A DNA stretch of 53,478 nucleotides from an uncultured Bacilli bacterium. GTDB taxonomy: Bacteria > Bacillota_I > Bacilli_A > RF39 > UBA660. This document shows positions 49,101 to 53,478 of the stretch, one piece after another. The translations under genes and the position numbers were made by a program. The notes beneath the pieces are model-generated. The model ran no database searches and had not been told where the DNA came from. It saw nothing but the letters and a program-made list of their open reading frames with translations. Location: contig CALVVM010000056.1 in assembly GCA_944363855.1 (NCBI GenBank), forward strand, positions 1 through 53,478. The letters run 5' to 3'. Position 1 is the first letter of the stretch, and every line of letters starts with the position of its first letter.

Positions 49101-49129
49101 ATAGTATCAGTAAAATCATTTTTTGTCAA
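49101..49129 (-). promoter_or_regulatory. Sigma-A type promoter for the sigma factor gene
   Basis: Minus strand TTGACA - 17 nt - TACTAT; the -35 lies inside the palindrome TTGTCAAATTGACAA. Confidence 0.6.
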
Positions 49130-49132
49130 ATT

Positions 49133-49161
49133 GACAAAAAAAAGATAGTTAGTACTATCTT
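49133..49161 (-). terminator. Rho-independent terminator after rpsR
   Basis: AAGATAG-TTAGTA-CTATCTT hairpin overlapping the rpsR stop, followed on the minus strand by a long T run. Confidence 0.65.
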
Positions 49162-49378
49162 ATTTAACGAATGGTATAAGTGCCATATGTCTAGCATACT
49201 TAACTTGAGTAGCTATATGTCTTTGATGTTTTGCACAAGCACCTGTAATTCTTCTTGGTAAAATTTTGCCTTTATCTGCACTTACATATTTTTTGATTAC
49301 TTCTATATTTTTGTAATCAACATCTTTACCAGCACACATTTGACAAACTTTTTTCTTTTTTCTATAAAATTCTGCCAT
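49160..49378 (-). CDS. rpsR: 30S ribosomal protein S18
   Basis: DYKN...[32 protein letters not shown]. Confidence 0.97.
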   Translation of the reverse strand: MAEFYRKKKKVCQMCAGKDVDYKNIEVIKKYVSADKGKILPRRITGACAKHQRHIATQVKYARHMALIPFVK

Positions 49379-49392
49379 TATTAATCCTCCTA

Positions 49393-49848
49393 TTATTCTA
49401 GGAAGTTATCATCTATAGAAACACTATCACCAAATTCAGCAAATGGATCATTTTCAACATTTACTTCTGGCATACTATTATCGTTTTGATAATCATATGG
49501 AGTTGAAGTATTTGCACTAGACTCTCTTGAAGCTTTACTTTCTACAAATTCAAAGTTATCTAAAGCAACATCAACTGTATATCTTTTGTTTCCATCTTTG
49601 TCATCGTAACTTCCAGTTTGTAATCTACCCTCAAGGGCAATTAAATTTCCTTTATCAAAATATTTTGAAATTGTTTCTGCTTGTTTTCTCCAAGCTACTA
49701 CATTTATAAAATCAGCATCTCTTTTTCCATCTGCGTTTGTAAATGTTCTATTTACTGCAACACTGAATCTTGTGTATGCTGTATTTTGTGGTGTATAACG
49801 TAACTCTGGTTTAGCAGTTAATCTTCCTACTAATACTACTTTATTCAT
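49393..49848 (-). CDS. ssb: Single-stranded DNA-binding protein
   Basis: [19 protein letters not shown]...F.VAVNR; acidic C-terminal tip DDNFLE in place of the usual DDLPF-type tip. Confidence 0.95.
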   Translation of the reverse strand: MNKVVLVGRLTAKPELRYTPQNTAYTRFSVAVNRTFTNADGKRDADFINVVAWRKQAETISKYFDKGNLIALEGRLQTGSYDDKDGNKRYTVDVALDNFEFVESKASRESSANTSTPYDYQNDNSMPEVNVENDPFAEFGDSVSIDDNFLE

Positions 49849-49859
49849 AGATTCACCTC

Positions 49860-50162
49860 TTAGTCTTCCTTATTTATTATTATATGTCTTATAATATCTT
49901 GACTTATTAAAGCTAAACGATCAAATTCTTTAACAGCTTTATCGTCACCTGCTTCAATATTAACTACGAAGTAATATCCACTTTTGTAAGTATTGTTTCC
50001 TACTTTAATTTCGTAAGCTAATGATTTTTGTCCCCAAGCATCAACGCTTGTAACTTTAGCACCATTAGTTTCTAATGTTTTTTGGAAGTTAGATGCAACT
50101 TTTTTAATTTCATCTTCTCCTAATGTAGGTCTTACTATGAACATAATTTCATAATTTCTCAT
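49860..50162 (-). CDS. rpsF: 30S ribosomal protein S6
   Basis: MRNYEIMFIVRP; 100 aa; first gene of rpsF-ssb-rpsR. Confidence 0.96.
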   Translation of the reverse strand: MRNYEIMFIVRPTLGEDEIKKVASNFQKTLETNGAKVTSVDAWGQKSLAYEIKVGNNTYKSGYYFVVNIEAGDDKAVKEFDRLALISQDIIRHIIINKED

Positions 50163-50256
50163 TTTCTACACCTCCTTATGGTCTTTGGCTCTTTAGAGCA
50201 AGGAGTAAATTTCTTCACTCGACATAGATTATAACAAACTTTTTTTAGTTTGTAAA
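50163..50256 (-). promoter_or_regulatory. rpsF promoter and short leader with an RBS-sequestering hairpin (possible S6:S18 autoregulatory leader)
   Basis: TTTACA - 17 nt - TATAAT (50228-50256). In the leader, ACTCCTT-GCTCTAAAGAGC-CAAAGACCAT-AAGGAGGT pairs CTCCTT with the SD AAGGAG. Confidence 0.45.
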
Positions 50257-50324
50257 CCTTATTTTAATTATATTTCTTAATTTTTATTTTTTGCATAAAA
50301 TATTATTTTATTGTAATACTAATA

Positions 50325-50825
50325 TTGATGAATATTATGTATTATTTAAATTATTTTATTATTTTTTCTATATTAGGACACTTTTTTGAATCATTCTTTT
50401 ATGCAAGTGGGGATAGTGGTATATTCTTAAGTTATTGGACTCCTATATATGGAATAGGAACCGTTATCATATTACTTATAAATAAATGGATAGATAAATT
50501 TAATATTTCTAAAATACTAAAAGTATTATATTTATTTCTTTTTTCTTCAATTTTTCTTTCTACTATAGAAGCACTCGGTGGTTATTTAATTAAATGGATA
50601 TTTGATGTAGAACTTTGGAATTATACCAACTATAGATTTAATATAGGTAGATATACCGCACTTGAAATGTCACTTATCTGGGGACTAAGTAGCATTCTTC
50701 TTATTTATTTTATTAAACCCATAAATGATAAAATCGTTAAACTTATTCCAAAGATAGTTACCTATATTATAATTGGATTATTTATTATAGATATAATAAT
50801 AACTTTATTTGTTAAGGTTGCTTAA
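50325..50825 (+). CDS. Membrane protein of the putative ABC-transporter type IV (CmpB/DUF1113) family
   Basis: FSILGHFFESFFY...YWTPIYGIGTVII matches the family N-terminal signature; the start may be a downstream Met. Confidence 0.65.
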   Translation: MMNIMYYLNYFIIFSILGHFFESFFYASGDSGIFLSYWTPIYGIGTVIILLINKWIDKFNISKILKVLYLFLFSSIFLSTIEALGGYLIKWIFDVELWNYTNYRFNIGRYTALEMSLIWGLSSILLIYFIKPINDKIVKLIPKIVTYIIIGLFIIDIIITLFVKVA

Positions 50826-50879
50826 CCAGTAGTTATTTATCCACTATTAAAGTTAAAATATAATTGCGGAGGTAACTAT

Positions 50880-51134
50880 ATGAGCAGTATTTCAAAAGTA
50901 AAAATGGAAAATGGAGTTTATCTATTTAAATTAAATAATATTTTAAAAGATAAAAATATAAGTATTAACAAAATATCTAGGGACACCAATACAGATTTTA
51001 AAGTAATTAAAAGATTGATGACAGGAGAATTAGTTAAAATAGATATATTTGTATTATCTAGAGTTTGTGACTATTTAGACTGTACTATTGAAGATATTGT
51101 AGAGTATAAACAAGAAATAAAAAGCAACTGCTAA
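50880..51134 (+). CDS. Small XRE/Cro-type helix-turn-helix transcriptional regulator
   Basis: LNNILKDKNISINKISRDTNTDFKVIKRLMTGE...VCDYLDCTIEDIVEY has the HTH_26-like pattern; 84 aa. Confidence 0.7.
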   Translation: MSSISKVKMENGVYLFKLNNILKDKNISINKISRDTNTDFKVIKRLMTGELVKIDIFVLSRVCDYLDCTIEDIVEYKQEIKSNC

Positions 51135-51144
51135 AAGTTGCTTT

Positions 51145-51843
51145 TTACTTACTTATTTTTATTGTAACATAATCTCCATATTTTATTTCATAACTGTTTG
51201 CATTCTTAGGAACTTCAAAAGTAGCTGTACCTTTAACTGTTAAACCTTTATTTATAAACATAGGAAGATCCGAATATCCTGATGAATAATAATTAGTTTG
51301 AGCAATTCCATCTACAATACAATTAACATCTTCTTTAGTTAATCTGCTATCTTTTAGATTTTCTACAACTAAATGAAACTTAACATATTCATAATCATCA
51401 TCTAATCTATTAAACATATCTTCTTCTGTTTCATATTTAGTTACTTTAACTTTATAATCTTCAGTTTCAGCAAATGCATCTAATCCTTCAACTACTATTT
51501 CCTGTTCTTCTTTTTCTCCTGTTATATCTTCAAATATTTCTCCAAAATCATTTTTATCATCATAACTAGGTTTATTATTTGAAGTTAGAATAATAGCTGT
51601 AACAATTATAATTATAAATATTACTATAGGTATTAAAAACATTATTCTAGATATCTTAAATACCCCAAAAACATGATTAAATATTTTTTGAGCATTCTCT
51701 TGATTTGTTTGCATTTGTTGTTTCTTTTCTGCTTCTAACTTAATAAAACTTTGGTTCTTTTTATAAGATGCTCCACAATTAGGACATTTAGCATCTTTTT
51801 CAGCATCTATTCTATTCCCGCAATATTCACAAAAAAATTTCAT
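51145..51843 (-). CDS. Zinc-ribbon / TM / DUF4352-like extracellular domain protein
   Basis: CEYCGN...CPNCG zinc ribbon, one TM helix, beta-rich C-terminal domain (VKFHLVVENLKD...). Confidence 0.6.
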   Translation of the reverse strand: MKFFCEYCGNRIDAEKDAKCPNCGASYKKNQSFIKLEAEKKQQMQTNQENAQKIFNHVFGVFKISRIMFLIPIVIFIIIIVTAIILTSNNKPSYDDKNDFGEIFEDITGEKEEQEIVVEGLDAFAETEDYKVKVTKYETEEDMFNRLDDDYEYVKFHLVVENLKDSRLTKEDVNCIVDGIAQTNYYSSGYSDLPMFINKGLTVKGTATFEVPKNANSYEIKYGDYVTIKISK

Positions 51844-51854
51844 AGATATTCTCC

Positions 51855-52955
51855 TTATACATTAAATCTAAAGTAACAGATATCTCCATCTTGCATTATA
51901 TATTCTTTTCCTTCAAGTCTCATACGACCTGCTTCTTTTACTGCTTTTTCACTACCATTTTGTTTTAAATCTTCATAACTCATTATTTCTGCTTTTATGA
52001 ATCCTCTTTCAAAATCTGTGTGTATAATTCCCGCACATTGTGGAGCTTTCATACCATCTTTAAAAGTCCAAGCTCTACATTCATCTTCACCTGCAGTAAA
52101 GAAAGTTTTTAAACCTAATAATTTATAAGATGCTTTTATAAGTTTATCTATACCACTTTCACTTACTCCAAGCTCACTTAAGAACATATTTTTTTCTTCT
52201 TTATCCATATCACATAAATCAGATTCTACTCTCGCACAAATTACAACTACTTCAGCATTATCTTTTAAAGCATATTCTCTAACCTTTTCAATATATTTAT
52301 TATCTCCTACAAGCAAATCATCTTCTGACACATTAGCTACATATATTATAGGTTTACTAGTAAGTAAATTAAATGGTTTTATATATAACTTTTCATCATC
52401 AGTTAATTCTATTCTTCTAATAGGAATATTTTGTTCTAAAGCTTCTTTTAATTTAGTTAGGATAGCTGCTTCTTTTTGAACTTCTTTATCTTTAGATAAG
52501 CTTGCTTTCTTTCCTATTTTATTAAATCTATTTTCTACTACTTCTAAATCAGCTAATATTAATTCTACTTCTATTATCTCAATATCTCTTACTGGATCAA
52601 CTTCATTTTCTACATGTATTATGTCATTATTTTCAAAACATCTAACAACTTCACATACCGCATCTACTTCTCTTATATGAGATAAGAATTTATTTCCTAA
52701 ACCTTCTCCATTTGACGCACCTTTAACAAGCCCTGCTATATCTGTAAACTCAAATGTAGTTGGAACTAAACTTTTTGGTTTATATAAATCATTTAAATAA
52801 TCTAATCTCTCATCTGGCACAATAACTACCCCTACATTTGGATCGATAGTTGCAAAAGGATAATTAGCTGCCAATATATTTTTCTTTGTTATCGCATTAA
52901 ATAATGTACTTTTTCCTACATTAGGAAGTCCTACTATACCTGCTGTTAAACTCAT
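51855..52955 (-). CDS. ychF: Redox-regulated ribosome-binding ATPase YchF
   Basis: GIVGLPNVGKSTLFNA G1 motif, DIAGLV, C-terminal TGS-like domain DGDICYFRFNV. Confidence 0.96.
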   Translation of the reverse strand: MSLTAGIVGLPNVGKSTLFNAITKKNILAANYPFATIDPNVGVVIVPDERLDYLNDLYKPKSLVPTTFEFTDIAGLVKGASNGEGLGNKFLSHIREVDAVCEVVRCFENNDIIHVENEVDPVRDIEIIEVELILADLEVVENRFNKIGKKASLSKDKEVQKEAAILTKLKEALEQNIPIRRIELTDDEKLYIKPFNLLTSKPIIYVANVSEDDLLVGDNKYIEKVREYALKDNAEVVVICARVESDLCDMDKEEKNMFLSELGVSESGIDKLIKASYKLLGLKTFFTAGEDECRAWTFKDGMKAPQCAGIIHTDFERGFIKAEIMSYEDLKQNGSEKAVKEAGRMRLEGKEYIMQDGDICYFRFNV

Positions 52956-53062
52956 AAATACACCTCTTCCATCTATAGTTTACTATAATTTAATTTAAAA
53001 TACAAGAATTAAATATTCTCATTTATAACATAAGGGTAACATTTTTAAAAAATCACAAAAAT

Positions 53063-53091
53063 AAAAAACAATGTGGCATTCATTGCTTTTT
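53063..53091 (-). terminator. Hairpin with T run inside the ychF leader (terminator/attenuator-like)
   Basis: AAAAAGCAATG-AATGCCA-CATTGTTTTTT on the minus strand, between the predicted promoter and the ychF start. Confidence 0.4.
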
Positions 53092-53155
53092 ATTCTACCC
53101 TTTTATTCTAATAATAGAACTACTCATATAATATCTCCTATGATATTACAATTTT

Positions 53156-53184
53156 ATTATAAATTAGTATTTTTTTAGGGTCAA
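53156..53184 (-). promoter_or_regulatory. Near-consensus sigma-A promoter reading toward ychF
   Basis: Minus strand TTGACC - 17 nt - TATAAT, about 190 nt upstream of the ychF ATG. Confidence 0.6.
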
Positions 53185-53234
53185 TTAGTTATGTAATATT
53201 TTTAGGAAAAGTTGATGGGGGAGTGTAAAGAAAC

Positions 53235-53346
53235 GTAAAAAGAAAAATCTCTATATTAAATAATATAAAGATTTTATTCTATAACCCGTTGTCAGTGCCC
53301 CTAAAGAGGATCCGTCTAGTTTTTGTGCCTACACTCATCTGCGGCA
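53235..53346 (-). ncRNA. Candidate small RNA or cis-regulatory RNA (unclassified); strand uncertain
   Basis: GC-rich core at 53285-53350 in AT-rich DNA. Minus-strand model: TTATCA - 17 nt - TATAAT (53353-53381) upstream, with the hairpin at 53245-53274 plus a T run downstream. A plus-strand model using the terminator at 53375-53422 is also possible. Confidence 0.3.
53245..53274 (-). terminator. Hairpin flanking the GC-rich element (minus-strand terminator candidate)
   Basis: AAATCTCTATATT-AAAT-AATATAAAGATTT (one mismatch), followed on the minus strand by TTTTCTTTTT. Confidence 0.5.
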
Positions 53347-53374
53347 CGGCAAATTATAAATGTTAAAATAAAAA

Positions 53375-53422
53375 CTGATAAAAATGTCAAAGTTAAAAGT
53401 TGATAATTTTTATCAGTTTTTT
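53375..53422 (+). terminator. Long hairpin with T6 (plus-strand terminator candidate)
   Basis: CTGATAAAAAT...ATTTTTATCAG 11-bp stem with an inner TCAA/TTGA extension, then TTTTTT; preceded by AAAAA, so potentially bidirectional. Confidence 0.55.
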
Positions 53423-53478
53423 AGTATAATGATATACTTATATTATCTCATAATAAGAAGGAGTTGATATAGGTATGA

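Noticed and set aside
53095-53127. 10-codon mini-ORF with an AGGAGA RBS as a real peptide gene
   Set aside because: It is too short to support as a gene from sequence alone in AT-rich DNA. It is mentioned only as part of the ychF leader geometry.
53285-53350. Attempted assignment of the GC-rich element to preQ1-I, fluoride, SRP/4.5S or a tRNA fragment
   Set aside because: There are only short partial resemblances (AGAGG..TCTAG..CTACAC; GCAGATGA..GTG..GCC). The required conserved cores (P1 closing CCUCU, the GGAA/AGCA SRP loops, a T-arm) are absent, so it is left unclassified.

Overview
Very AT-rich Firmicutes chromosome segment, almost entirely core genome. Features on the minus strand unless noted: a tRNA cluster (Val-Thr-Tyr-Gln); truA with a strongly diverged ecfA-ecfA'-ecfT-like module; a plus-strand GerA-type germinant receptor operon in A-C-B order; sporulation genes dacB-spmA-spmB and cwlD; rplM-rpsI, trpS, secA, hpf and csp; the complete S10-spc-alpha ribosomal protein cluster from rpsJ to rplQ, including an untracked rpmJ and no rpmD; a primary-like sigma factor; rpsF-ssb-rpsR; and ychF. 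Sporulation genes, extreme AT-richness and the missing L30 gene would fit an Erysipelotrichia-like lineage, but this is inference only. The one clearly accessory locus is an agr-type quorum-sensing cassette directly downstream of rplQ. It has agrB plus a 38-codon agrD that is absent from the ORF track, convergent with an AgrC-like kinase and a LytTR regulator. A 1.5 kb IS3-family element sits exactly in the loop of the bidirectional terminator shared by the two convergent units. Other points worth a second look: (1) the catalytic motifs of the ECF module are degenerate; (2) there is an operon-like cluster of membrane-anchored multi-thioredoxin-fold proteins; (3) an A7-tract frameshift at the 5' end of a deoxyribosyltransferase-like gene; (4) two GC-rich non-coding islands, one the S10 operon leader and one a hairpin-flanked element near the 3' end. 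I see no CRISPR array, prophage or recognisable defence island. The call for an undescribed system rests on modest candidates, not a clear discovery.
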